From the NCBI GenBank assembly GCA_937625935.1, contig OW569364.1, positions 1-64,000 on the forward strand: 64,000 bases of DNA. Direction: 5' to 3'. Positions 33,784 through 45,101 of the stretch are shown piece after piece (positions within the stretch are counted from its first letter, which is position 1; each line of letters starts with the position of its first letter). Made by a program: the position numbers and the translations under genes. The stretch comes from Tetramitus jugosus (taxonomy: Eukaryota; Protista; Heterolobosea). The notes beneath the pieces are model-generated. The model did not search any database, had not been told where the DNA came from, and was given only the letters and a program-made list of their open reading frames with translations.

Positions 33784-35730
33784 ATGGACAGCGACTCCCC
33801 ATCGACCAAAAGGCCAAGAGATCAAGAACACTCTGAAGATGCCAATTTCTCTTCACAAGCAAAAAAGGCAAAAGTAGCTCATGAACATCGCTTCGTTGAT
33901 CCGGATTCTGAACTGTGCACAAGTACCACATCCCTGAACGATATTCCATCTGACACACTCGTTCACATCTTTTCCTTCCTTGACCTAGAGACGTTGAAGG
34001 AACTCATGTTGGTCAACAGGGCATGGGCTCACTTCTCCAGTGTAGATGCCGTGTGGAGTCGAGTGTGGCACAATAGAGAGCACATGGAAAGCCTGATTGA
34101 TACGATTGAAGACTGGAATTATCCAGAAGCTGATCATGTGTATGCCCTGTATGTGGAATGCCCGACCTGGAAGCCTTCATTGGCCAGTTTTGTCTTGAAG
34201 AAGAATAACGAGTTGGAAGATGATGCTGAAATGTATGAGGATGGTGATGAGGATGAGTTGGACGAGGAATCATGTTTTGGTATGGTGAATTCGGCTCCAT
34301 TGTGCCCAGGTACTCTGGAGGACCAATTTGAGTTAATTGAGGAAGAGGTGACTTCTGTGAGATACAAGGAACTTGTGAAGGAGAAACTTGGTGTGACGGA
34401 AGAGATGGATATTGAAGAGTATGAATATGGACTAAAAAACAAGTGTCGCTATGAGAATTCACAGGTAGAAGAGTACACGTGGAATAGAGAAGTGTTCAGA
34501 CGAGATCAGGGAGGATGTTTGGTGGATGGCAACTTTTCTGGATATGAAGTGTATTCCTACGAACGGGAATTTTATCAATTGTTGAAATCTCCAGAATTTG
34601 GATTCTATTGCTCTCTTAAGGGTATCCAACTGTTGTCGAGATCTGCTGGTGTCAAGTATTATGAACCTAGTGTAGTAACGATGATGAGAGGATTGTTAAA
34701 GAACTTCTTAAACCAGGTGATTGGAGAGGCTTCCAAGAAATTGGATGGAAAACAAGTTCAGTTCTCCCATGAGGACTCTAGTTTGTCGGATAGCGACGAT
34801 GATGACACTGATAAAAAGGAAGAAGAGGAAGATGAACAGGAGAAGGATTTGAAAATTTCAGAAACAGACATTGTTCGAGCAGTGCACAAGCTCTTTGGGA
34901 AGAGTTTATATGGTTTCTCAAACCTCTCAGGAGAAAGCTCGATGGAGGGCAATGAAGGTGGCGTCGAGGCTGTTCCAGAGGATGAAAGCGATAGCGACAG
35001 TGACGATGATTGTGAACATGAAAGCGATGATGAACTTGATGATATTGAGGCAGAGAAAGAGGAAGTTGAGGAGGAGATTGAATCTCCAAAGAATGAAGGA
35101 GACGATGATGCCGAGCAAGAATTAGACGAAGATGATGAAGACTTTATAGATGACTCAGATCTTGAAAAGTTTACTCAGCTAAATGTTGAGAGCTTAGGAC
35201 AGAGTCTGGAGCATGAACTCATCAAGGCATCCATTTGTGCGCATGAACAGGTTTATGGCCAGGAAAGAACACATCACGAAAAGTTGTACTTGAAGAATTG
35301 GATGGGATATGGTCCTCTCATGTTCAAAAGCGTTCATTCAGACTCTGAGAATTCTTCATCAATGGAAGAGCAGGAGGAGTTTACCTATGATGGAAAGTCT
35401 GAGCAGGATATTATAGAACACGATCGAAGAGAGGATTTGGCATACTTTGGGTCCTCCACTTTTGATGAACAAGACGAGGGAGATGACGAAGACGAAGAGA
35501 AGGAAGAGCAACAACCTACTGCCATGACAAGTGAACAAAGACAAGAATTAGACAAGGAGTATCATCTCAGAAGAATCCTGAGAGAGGAGACACAAAAGTG
35601 CATCAAAGAGTTCTTTGCGCGAGAGGAACCTCACTTCAACCAGCTTTACGGAGAGGACTATTTCAATTGCCAGCCCATCGAACAAGAACCCACCTCCTCC
35701 ACACGGACGAGAGCCTGGGATATCGAGTAA
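33784..35730 (+). CDS. F-box protein, highly acidic, with an internal histone H4-like fold
   Basis: F-box LNDIPSDTLVHIFSFLD...VNRAW; H4-like GIQLLSRSAGVK...RGLLKNFLNQVI and DIVRAV...GKSLYGF. Confidence 0.8.
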   Translation: MDSDSPSTKRPRDQEHSEDANFSSQAKKAKVAHEHRFVDPDSELCTSTTSLNDIPSDTLVHIFSFLDLETLKELMLVNRAWAHFSSVDAVWSRVWHNREHMESLIDTIEDWNYPEADHVYALYVECPTWKPSLASFVLKKNNELEDDAEMYEDGDEDELDEESCFGMVNSAPLCPGTLEDQFELIEEEVTSVRYKELVKEKLGVTEEMDIEEYEYGLKNKCRYENSQVEEYTWNREVFRRDQGGCLVDGNFSGYEVYSYEREFYQLLKSPEFGFYCSLKGIQLLSRSAGVKYYEPSVVTMMRGLLKNFLNQVIGEASKKLDGKQVQFSHEDSSLSDSDDDDTDKKEEEEDEQEKDLKISETDIVRAVHKLFGKSLYGFSNLSGESSMEGNEGGVEAVPEDESDSDSDDDCEHESDDELDDIEAEKEEVEEEIESPKNEGDDDAEQELDEDDEDFIDDSDLEKFTQLNVESLGQSLEHELIKASICAHEQVYGQERTHHEKLYLKNWMGYGPLMFKSVHSDSENSSSMEEQEEFTYDGKSEQDIIEHDRREDLAYFGSSTFDEQDEGDDEDEEKEEQQPTAMTSEQRQELDKEYHLRRILREETQKCIKEFFAREEPHFNQLYGEDYFNCQPIEQEPTSSTRTRAWDIE

Positions 35731-35810
35731 ACTGGTACTTCACAAAAAATATTTTCCACAAACAAGAATAAACAAGAATGAACTTGTTTATCTGAACAAC
35801 AACAAAATTC

Positions 35811-37271
35811 ATGGAAATGAATCAACAAGAACAAGTCGTCTCCAATGGCTCCACTACGAACTCCATTATTTATCGCAATCCAAGCAGAGATCAGATCCAT
35901 TCTGTTCAGCATCCATGCAGCAACCAAAAATTCACTGTGACATGCACAGTGGCCGGTCAAGACAGTGTCATCTTGGGATGTGGCGATCAGAGTTGCGAGC
36001 TTTGGGTTGAAGGTAGGCATATTCGCGATGAGCTACAGGTGCTGGGAGTGACACCAGATGGTTCCAGAGTTCAGGAATGGGCTCGATGCACCATGGATAA
36101 CAAGGACATTGAAGAACATTGTCCATGGTTCTCCACTCTTCAAATACCATATGTATTGGATCACTTGGTTTTGAATCAGAAGCTGTCCAATATTCGAATC
36201 AAAAAGGTTGCTGCTGGAAGTATTCATTGTTTGTTTTTGACTGAAGACGGTTTTGTTTATGGTATAGGTCATAACGGCAAGGGCCAACTGTTGTATTATG
36301 ACAAGAACCATACAATAAGTAGAGATAGTGTTTCATTGCCCACACTATTGTTGTGGTTTGTGGAACGCAACATTCGTATCAAGGATATTGCCTGCGCAGG
36401 TTGGTTTTCTGCTTTTATTACGACAGACGATAAGCTGTATACAGTGGGGGGTTTCGGGTCAAATTACAGAACTATGCTTGAACCTGTTCTCAGAGAAACA
36501 AAGGGAGTTATTTCAGTTTTGGGAGTAGGCAGCGAACACCTTGTGTTCCAGTGCAGCTCCAATAATGGAAATCAAGTGTATTCTATGGGATTGAATGACT
36601 CTGGTCAATTGGGAATCAGTGGCGGTGCGTATGAGGATCACGCAGTGGAAGCACAAATAGCCACTGAACCAACAGAGGCTCAACAACCTTTCAATTTCTG
36701 TCGCTTGAACAAGATTGATGGTGGGCAACGATTTACGATTGTGTTGACATCTCAGTTCGAAGTGTATGCAGCTGGTGCTGCTAATTCCAATGCATTGAAC
36801 AACGGTTTTTCCAAGTTAGATCTAAGTGAACACATTGGAGCTGCACGCATCAAGGACTTTTCATGTTCATTCTACACGACTTCTTTTTTGGACTCAGTGA
36901 AACGTGTGTTGACGTTTTCAGAGCCCACAGCGAACCGAAGCCCATATATTTATGATGCTTCAGCAATAGCAAATCCTGTGGTCACTGCAACTTCCGGAAG
37001 ATTCCATGTCATCGATACACACTCTGGGCGCTTGTTCTCTCTTGTCGGTGGAAAGGTCTCTCCACGTCTTGTAGAACAACGAGCTGATCTGAATTCTTGT
37101 CAAATGTTTGATCACCCTAATTACCACGTGACCAGTTATGTCTCAGGATACCGTAGCAACATGATGTTGTTGAAATCAAAACCAAAGTCGAGCTTGAATT
37201 TCTTCGTGGCAAAGTTGAAAAACTTCGTGTCGCAGCCAACGTTGAGCGATGTCGTTTTTGTTTTCAAGTAA
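35811..37271 (+). CDS. RCC1-repeat protein
   Basis: IKKVAAGSIHCLFLTEDGFVYGIGHNGKGQL and VYSMGLNDSGQLG repeats. Confidence 0.8.
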   Translation: MEMNQQEQVVSNGSTTNSIIYRNPSRDQIHSVQHPCSNQKFTVTCTVAGQDSVILGCGDQSCELWVEGRHIRDELQVLGVTPDGSRVQEWARCTMDNKDIEEHCPWFSTLQIPYVLDHLVLNQKLSNIRIKKVAAGSIHCLFLTEDGFVYGIGHNGKGQLLYYDKNHTISRDSVSLPTLLLWFVERNIRIKDIACAGWFSAFITTDDKLYTVGGFGSNYRTMLEPVLRETKGVISVLGVGSEHLVFQCSSNNGNQVYSMGLNDSGQLGISGGAYEDHAVEAQIATEPTEAQQPFNFCRLNKIDGGQRFTIVLTSQFEVYAAGAANSNALNNGFSKLDLSEHIGAARIKDFSCSFYTTSFLDSVKRVLTFSEPTANRSPYIYDASAIANPVVTATSGRFHVIDTHSGRLFSLVGGKVSPRLVEQRADLNSCQMFDHPNYHVTSYVSGYRSNMMLLKSKPKSSLNFFVAKLKNFVSQPTLSDVVFVFK

Positions 37272-37551
37272 CATGTTATGTGAAAGTTCACATGAGAAAT
37301 GACATCGTAACGAACAAACAGCAGTTATGAAGAAATAAAATAATACAATCTCCATCAATTCGTTTCTTCAGTAACAACCAGGTTCATTCAAAACCAGTTT
37401 TTGTTGGTTTAGACGTCTGGCTGACTCATGCAACCGAGCTCATTCATTGAAGTTCCGCAGCAGTAGCGTATGCCTCTCAAATGTAACGTTGACACAAGTA
37501 TCAAAGTACAGGCGACTTATTAGCTAAACATTGTGCATGACTTTGAATTTA

Positions 37552-38978
37552 CTACAAAGTGTGTGCTGTCCCTCTCGCTACTCCGAACCAGTGATCATAG
37601 TTACACTGGTTAAAGCTTTGACCAAACTGAATACCATAATAAGGCCCAAAGTAAGGCCTGTCTGGGGCAAACAAACGAGGAACTTGGCTGTACAATGTTG
37701 TAAAATGATCATAAATTCCTCCATCTACTTTGCGATCTTTTCTCATTAGTAATCCCTGTGAATAAAAGTATTGGATCATGTCATATGCCGTCGATGATGA
37801 ATTGGATACAGTAGCAATACAAAAGATGTGGTCCGAGAGAGTTGACACATCGATTTGATACTTGTTAATAATGGACTTGATCCAAGACAATTCGTAATTC
37901 AAAATAGAGCGAGAATAATATGCTGGACGGGAGTTCAAAACAGCTTCAATCGTTTCCTTCTTATATGGTTCATACACTTCATCGAGTATGAGATCAATCA
38001 GATCAGTATGGACACTCTCGCAGATTGCAACAGCAAGAGGTAGCATCGTAGACGTCAATACATTCTCTTTCCTCTGACTACTATACAACACTGTCTCTTG
38101 AGCTAAGTTGTCCTTAACAATACCCTGGTTGTGCAAAGGAATAAATGCCTTCAAAATATCCCAATTTTGAATTTTGATTGTTAGATTCAGTGGAATATGG
38201 CCATGTGGTTCTCCAGTTGCATTCATACGATACGTGTTCACAAGCTGCTCAAGTATTTGAATGATCCTTTGTACCAAAGAGACATCTTCACTGTTTACAA
38301 GATCTCCCCTTTGTTCAACTATTGAATTCAGGAAATGGACAAGGAAGCTGTTACCATTACTCTTGATAGACCAGAGAACATGCTCTTGATGTTCAATTCT
38401 CCTCCATTCTTCCTTATTCAATACCACTCCACTCTTGAACACACTCAAATCATTGTTCTTTACAGCTTCTTCAAACAACTCAATCGATGCTTTGATCGAT
38501 GGTGCAACCTTCATTCGCTCTATGATTGCCTTCATTTGAAATTTCAACCTTCGAACCACCCGAGAAAAGTACGATTGTCTCAAACAACTATAAACTGCAA
38601 AAGCAGTGTACGGAGCTTCATTTGCTTCTCCTTTGATTTCTCCTTGATTTTCATTTCCAAAATACCTCTCCTTGTTCTGTTGCTTCTGCCCATATCGTCT
38701 CAGTAGCTTTTCTTGATCCTTCAGTTGACTGTTCAATCTGCCAATTTCTTTACGGAGCGAATCCTTGAACTTTTTGCTCTTTTTGTTCTTGTCAGTCATC
38801 TCCAGGAGTTCAATCTCACCAGCAAGTGATTTAGTTGAGTCCTCCGGATGGGTTTTGAATCGTTCAATGGAGTCAACTGAGCATGGAGTGACGAACATGT
38901 GAGGAGCAAGGATCTCACAGAACCTAAGTCAAGGAAGGATGAGATGGCGTACAAACAATCAGATGGAAGATGAACCAA
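37552..38978 (-). pseudogene. F-box protein gene, frameshifted (pseudogene or sequencing error)
   Basis: The F-box (LPSDCLYAISSFLD) at 38796-38978 is in a different frame from the 448-aa body. No in-frame ATG before the F-box and no evident intron. Confidence 0.55.
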
Positions 38979-39061
38979 TGATTACCAAAAAAACTTCCAG
39001 GAAAGAGAAGAAAAAAGATAGTTCGTGTTGTTCGTATGCAATCCTTATTGGGAAGCTTATT

Positions 39062-41781
39062 TTAAGTAGATAGCGGTGAGATCTGTGACGATTCATCAAC
39101 TGCGCTGGCATCTTCATGCTTCACTTGTCGTGAAGGAATCTCATCTGACTGAAGAATCGCTTTTTGAATGCGTTGCAATTCTTTGAGCTCCTTCACGTCC
39201 TTTTGTCTGGCAGCGACTAATTCTCGATAACTATTCCATTCTTTGGTTATTAGCAGAGTATGAGGTGTTCCTACTCGAAGTGTTTGAAAACGAACATCAT
39301 TCGTGTGTGCTCTCACCATGCGCTCAACATGTGTTCTTTCTGATAGTTTGGCCTTGAATGAAAACTCTTTCATACTTGGGTTGTTCAGAAAGGCTTTTAC
39401 CTTTGCACAGCTTGAACAATGAGGATCATGGCAATTATAGCCAGTAACTCTCAGATTCCAGTTGGTAGGAGGACGAATGGTATCTCCAACATCATTGTTG
39501 ATGCGTGTAATACATGTGTTCAGAGCGAGGTGAAATGGATGGGCAGATCCAAGGGCTTTGAAATTGGCTACACTAATTAACGATACTAACATCCTCACAA
39601 GTGGAGACACAAAAGTCACTGCTCCGTACCTTCGAGTATTCTGGAGTATATAAGTAACGATAGTAGAGATTTTGTTTTGCATGTTCAATCTGTGTAGATA
39701 CACCAATAAAGTTGCAATGTTCTCGAGGACAGAGCGAGTATTAGAATAGCGGACCCTTTCGTACGAACTGCCACCTCGAGAACAATGTTGAGTCCAAATC
39801 GAATCAACGATGCTAGTACATATGGTATAGTCGATTGGTTGTAACGCTGACCCTGCTGTTGTAGATGCGAGTTCTCCGATAAATTTTACTCCATCATCCA
39901 TTCCATCGCTTGTCGTGGCAAGTCTCCTAAGGTATTGAACAACATAATCTTGCATAGTGTTCCAACCGAACACAGTTATTAAGCTCTTAATCGCTTGACA
40001 AATTCCAGGTGAATACATGGATCTCTTGATCAACACATCGGTAAAGAAACGAATAGCCAATTGTGTGTCTCGGAGCTGGTTAATATATCCAATCATGCGA
40101 ATAATATTCACATCCCACTGTGTGATTAACTTGTTTGCAAAGTGTAGTATTTGATCTCGATCCACTCCATCTGAAATCATTGAATCAAGTTTCTGGAATG
40201 CAACTCTTGGTTCCATATCAATACACAGATTATTGGATCGTTCAGCTGGCCAGAAGACGATAACAGCTGTTCGATACCATCTGTCTATTGAAGCCCCTGC
40301 ATTTCCTGTGTCCTTTTCGAATTCTTCCTTTTCCATCTCCAAGTCTTCATATCTGCCGAATGGAAAAATTTGTTTCTCTGTATCAATAGAGAATTCTGGA
40401 ATAGTTGCTACTCTATTACTGGGATCAATCCAGTGACTGAGCTCGACCGAGATATCATCAGTCTCAAAATCGCCATCATAGCCAATGCAACCACTCTCAA
40501 CTCTTGTTAGAATTGCCAGATAAACCTTAAATTTGCCCTCAGTGTACGCCTTGTTCAATAGTTGGAGAATAGTTGCATCTAAGCCCTTCATGTTTGAAAA
40601 GTTTAAACCTGCTTTTGAGTACTTGTGCTCCAGTATATAGATTAGGTTCGTTGGTGCCTTGAAATCCTTGATCCATGCACGATGCAATTTCATCAGTTGA
40701 TTGTAGATTACGCTTTGATCATGTACCTTTGGAGGCTCACCAGGTCCACTGTACACAAGATTATAAATCAAACACAGTCTGTATCCACTGGTCACCGTTT
40801 GAACTTGATGTTCACAATCGGCATAAAAGGCAGCAAAGTATGGAGTGAATGAAGCATTCTTGGCAAAATCAAACGTGTGTTCACGCCTTCTATGTCTCAC
40901 AGTGATCTGACCTCCTTCATACTGCGATGGAAGTTGAATAATCAACGTACCAAACATTCCATCTTCCTTCTCTGTATCTCGATGAAATTTGAAATGTCCT
41001 CCCGTCTCATACAGCAACAACTTGTACAGTTTGCATCCAATTCGATGATTTGTAATGCCCAATCCAGATCTCACACGATCAAGCAATTGCCTCATGTGCA
41101 TGTTCCATTTTGTGTTATTGATCTTGAATTGTGATGGATCCAATTGCCAAGAGTTACGCACATTGTCATCAAACAGTGTATCTTCTCTACGTCCAAATGG
41201 TGATTTTGATGCCACAGCAATAATCTCTTTGGCTTGAGCGTCAGAGAGAGGCAAACCAACAACACGTGATGGCTTACCATTGACAGTAATGGCCGGAACA
41301 GCAAAATCAGATGATAGCACGGAACCAACTGCAAAATCACCTGGTCTCACAACATCTAAAAACAAGTCATGAAATCGATTGACCATTTCTTCTCCATCTT
41401 CTCCATCTTCATCATTTTCATCATCCTCTTCTTCACCCCACTACTTTCCTCATTTTCTTCACCTTCTTCTTCACTTTCTTCTTCACTTTCTTCTTCACTT
41501 TCTTCCACTGCTCTTCTCTCTGTGGAATGATACTGTGGTTCTTGTGGTTCTTGAGCAGCAATAGGCAAGATTTGATCTCCACCAGTAGTAATCGTTGCAA
41601 TAGATGAAGAGTTTGATGCTTGTACATTAACCATGCTTCCACCACCACCGGTATCATTGGTTGAAGTTGTTTCTTGTGCTGGTTGATTGTTTATTGGTTC
41701 TTGATTCATCATAGAAGCATGAGAGTTGCAGCTGTTAGCACCACCAGTGTTGTTGAGATCAGAGGAGTCCTCCATTATCAC
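39062..41781 (-). CDS. 2OG-Fe(II) oxygenase-domain protein with acidic N-terminus; apparent frameshift at a G4 run (41436-41439)
   Basis: YKLLLYETGGHFKFHRDTEK, DCEHQV...SGYRLCLIYNL. Shifting frame at the homopolymer gives a continuous acidic GEEEDDENDEDG-EEMVNR. Confidence 0.8.
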
Positions 41782-42022
41782 TCGTTCTTCATGTTACTAG
41801 TTTTTGCGATGATAAAATTCAGCTGAAAATAAACGACTTCCAAATCGAGAAGCTGCGACCTCACCCACTTAAATTCAGTGGAGAGAACAAAATAGAGTGA
41901 CAATCGACATCGAGGCAGGGTTAACCAGGACACCAAAGAGGTAAAAGGTGTAGAATGAGAGGAAAAGGCGGATGACCAATACCGAGCTGTAACAAGAACT
42001 CCACACACAAAATTCAAAACTG

Positions 42023-42104
42023 TGCATGCGGTGAGATTTGAACTCACGCATCCGGAGATATCCGAACTTGAGTCGGACGCCTTAGACCACTCGGCCACGC
42101 ATGC
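42023..42104 (-). tRNA. tRNA-Leu(CAA)
   Basis: GCATGCG acceptor stem, TGGCCGAGTGG A-box, TCCGA-CTCAAGT-TCGGA anticodon arm, long variable arm, GTTCAAATC B-box and a downstream TTTT terminator. Confidence 0.96.
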
Positions 42105-42151
42105 TTCATATCAATGTATTTCGACAAAAATATTTGCATATTGAGTGTACG

Positions 42152-43940
42152 TGTCCGAATCCAAATAAGATGTAGAACGCATTGCTTGCTAATGATATGC
42201 GTGGAGTATTGGAGATGTTGCGGATGCAGATGCACCCAAACAAACTCGAACTCTTTGTCAGACAGCCAGGAGACGATATTGAAGAGCACGACATTATGGT
42301 AGCTAACTCCAGAGTGCCTGCCAAAGGTCCAAAGGTGCACTTCCGTGCACTCGGACTATTTCTCAATCTCCAAGGCAAGACTGATCAGCAGATTGCTCAA
42401 GCAAAGGTTAAAGCCAGAAGAGTCATTGAACGTCTCAAAGTCTTGAATCTGGGTCCCAGGCAAGTTGCACGTATCGTGAACGCATGTGTACACCCCATCT
42501 TTTTGTACGCATGTGAATTCACAAAATGGACGATGAAATCGATGGATGATGTGAAAATGGTTGGAAAGAGGCTTATCAAACATGGTTCAACAGCAATGTT
42601 GAGATATCCGACGGAGTTACTATACATCGGTCCTGAGTGGGGATCCATTGATCTAGATAACTTCTCGGAAGCAGTTGCTACTCGCACAGCTCTTTTTGTG
42701 AAATCCATGATGAGAGGGAAGAGAGATCAAGAAGCTAACGTTCTGTGGATGGACACTCTTGAGTACATCAAGAAACACTACACGTTCCGGTCGGAGAACG
42801 TCTTCCAGTCGGACCACAGAGTTACGGAAGTCAAACACTCTTTCATTAAATGGTGCGCAATGAGGCTGCACGAGAAGGGAATCATCATGACTGATGACTC
42901 CCATAGCCGCTGCGAAGGGTGCAAATTATCTAATTACTTGCCAGCTAGGTCCCTCAGACTGCTCAGTAGAGCTGGACTGTATCAGAAACAACAACTACTT
43001 AATGAGGGAAGAATCAAGAGCTTCGACTCACTAAAGAACGAGGTTGGCAAGGGGTTTGGGCCTAAAACCTACCAAGAGGTGGCCCTCACGGTGATGGCAA
43101 TTCCAGAGTGCATGAATATGGAGTTGCATCAAACAAAGGGGTTCAATCATACCATCAGATTCAATGGTAAGTACGCGAGGGGAAAAGAAGATCTGAAGGA
43201 AATGTTCCTCCAGGAACGTAAGGCGTTCATCTGTCGGAATCCGCAATGGTGGTTGCAGGTCGCTGCGATGGAACATAAGAATCAGTTCGACTTTCTCAAG
43301 AATCTATTTGTTGTTGATCGTCGGTTGGAATGGTTCCACGCTCAAGTACGTAGTGGTAAGTTGCATACCAGAGTGGTATGTAACCATTTGTACGATGATG
43401 ACGACCCCAATATATGCCCGAGATGCGGTACTGAACCTGATACAATCCTCCATTGCCTTGTCAGGTGTCAGTACGCAATTGATGCCAGGAGAAGACTTGT
43501 CCTGGAAGTCTACAACAAGTTGCTCAAACTTCCATTACATCGAGAGTCCGCCATCTCCCTATGGTTCGACAAAGTGCTGTTCAGAAACGGATTAATGTGG
43601 CCCATGCCGAGGAAGTCGAGCAGAGAGTACCTCATGGGAATGATGGGATTAGAGAACTACGCTGTCGACCAGGTGGCAGATGCGCTGATGAAAAATGGGA
43701 TGAAACACGAAGTAGCGCATCGAAAGGCCCGTAGTTTTGTGTGCTGGGTGAAGAGTCGCTGCCTCACAACGCTTCACAGACTCTTCCAGCAATCAAAGGA
43801 CTGCAAACAGTAGTAACGCTCTGCGAGCGTTACTAACAAGAAAGAGTAGATGCTCTCCGAGCGTCACAAGGACGATGTGAGAAACTAAAAGAAAGTAGGA
43901 CAGAGTAATAAAGAGCAACCTCGTGTTGTATTAAAAAAAA
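42152..43940 (+). mobile_element. 5'-truncated non-LTR retrotransposon, copy A (ORF 42182-43813: late RT/thumb plus CCHC zinc knuckle), 3'UTR hairpins and poly(A)
   Basis: MHPNK and FRALG (late RT domains), YPTELLY..PEWGSIDL thumb, CPRCGTEPDTILHCLVRC. A8 tail at 43933-43940; degenerate TSD 42136-42151 / 43941-43956. Confidence 0.88.
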
Positions 43941-44006
43941 GAATATAGAGTGTCCGCAGCAACATTAAGTTACAGAGTCCCCAACTCAACGAACACAAGA
44001 AGCGAT

Positions 44007-44150
44007 CAGCACGTGTCACCGTTGGTGACACTGCTGCCAACAAGATCCCGGCCAGGTTGGCCAGTATCAAGTCAGGTGCTCTCCGTAGGTCCTACCAATT
44101 GGCTAGGACTACGGAGCCATCTGACCTCACCAGTGGTGCTCCAGATGGTA
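44007..44150. other. GC-rich multi-hairpin non-coding segment
   Basis: Stems CAGCA-GTGTCACC/GGTGACAC-TGCTG, GGCCA/TGGCC, and a long imperfect stem at 44071-44125. Confidence 0.5.
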
Positions 44151-45101
44151 GTGGAGGCCCTCGCAACGAATCCCTGAAGAAGGGATCAAAACCATAGCAA
44201 ACCTGATTACAACATTCATCTCCAGTCTTGCACAAGCATGCTTGAGTGGGATTAAACATGTCAGGAATGCAAGATTTGGACGAACCATAGCACTTCTCAA
44301 TTGGTGTTGTTCTGCAAGGAGGAACGAATCTGCAACAATTCTTTCCAGATGGACAGGTTCTTTGAGTGCAAGCACCCACAGGCTGAGTAGTTCTGATGAT
44401 CTTAAAAGCCGGGATGCTTTCATCGGGTTGGATTTGCTCGCTTGGTGGGTTTCCATTGGCATCTCCAGCATACACTCTTCGAACAAACAGATTCGAAGGA
44501 TCAGAGGCCGAAGCACCATTGAAACCACCTTGACAAAGATGGTCAGAAGCAAATGCAGATGGTGTAGCAAGTGAGAAACGGATCATTAACCCTCCTCCAG
44601 CAAAAGAGAATGGTGTGGTAACATCGAATGACAGTTCATAATTATCAAGAATGAAATCCCCAGGAACAGGGGGACTCTTGTTTGGTGCAATAACTGTGAA
44701 TCCATTGGTATCAGGCGTAGTTCCTCCATTTGTTGTTGTGTGGGCTAAAGCAATATCAAATGATTGTACTACTTCATATCGAATACAATCTTATCTCCTA
44801 CCTGAATTTCTGCAGCTGGTAAGTTTTTGTAAATTCCAAAGAAGTATGGCAACCAAGTGTCTGAATGACCAACAATTACTTGAGTACCAGCAAAGAATGG
44901 GAAACAGTTGGATTGGCTAGTTGGTGATGTTGGCGTTGCGCTGAGCACAGTGGTGGTCGCTTGAATTTGAGAGAGACTTGATACACTGAATAAACCTCTC
45001 TTGGTATGTTCTAGATGTGGTTGGGCTCCTCCTTGAGCCATACAGACTTCAATGAGAATTACACTTAACAATAGCGCCACAATGATCTTACAAGTATTCA
45101 T
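44092..45101 (-). pseudogene. Secreted protein with Cys-rich C-terminus, frameshifted near 44775 and apparently disrupted at its 3' end
   Basis: The signal-peptide ORF 44769-45101 continues in another frame (EVVQSFDIAL...FAGGGLMIRF...CCRFVPPC). The Cys pattern ends abruptly at ~44175. Confidence 0.55.

Noticed and set aside
41778-42098. 106-aa ORF starting MAEWSKASDSSS
   Set aside because: Spurious translation through the tRNA-Leu gene.
44174-44195. CTGAAGA as a hammerhead ribozyme core
   Set aside because: No stem II or GAAA in the required arrangement.
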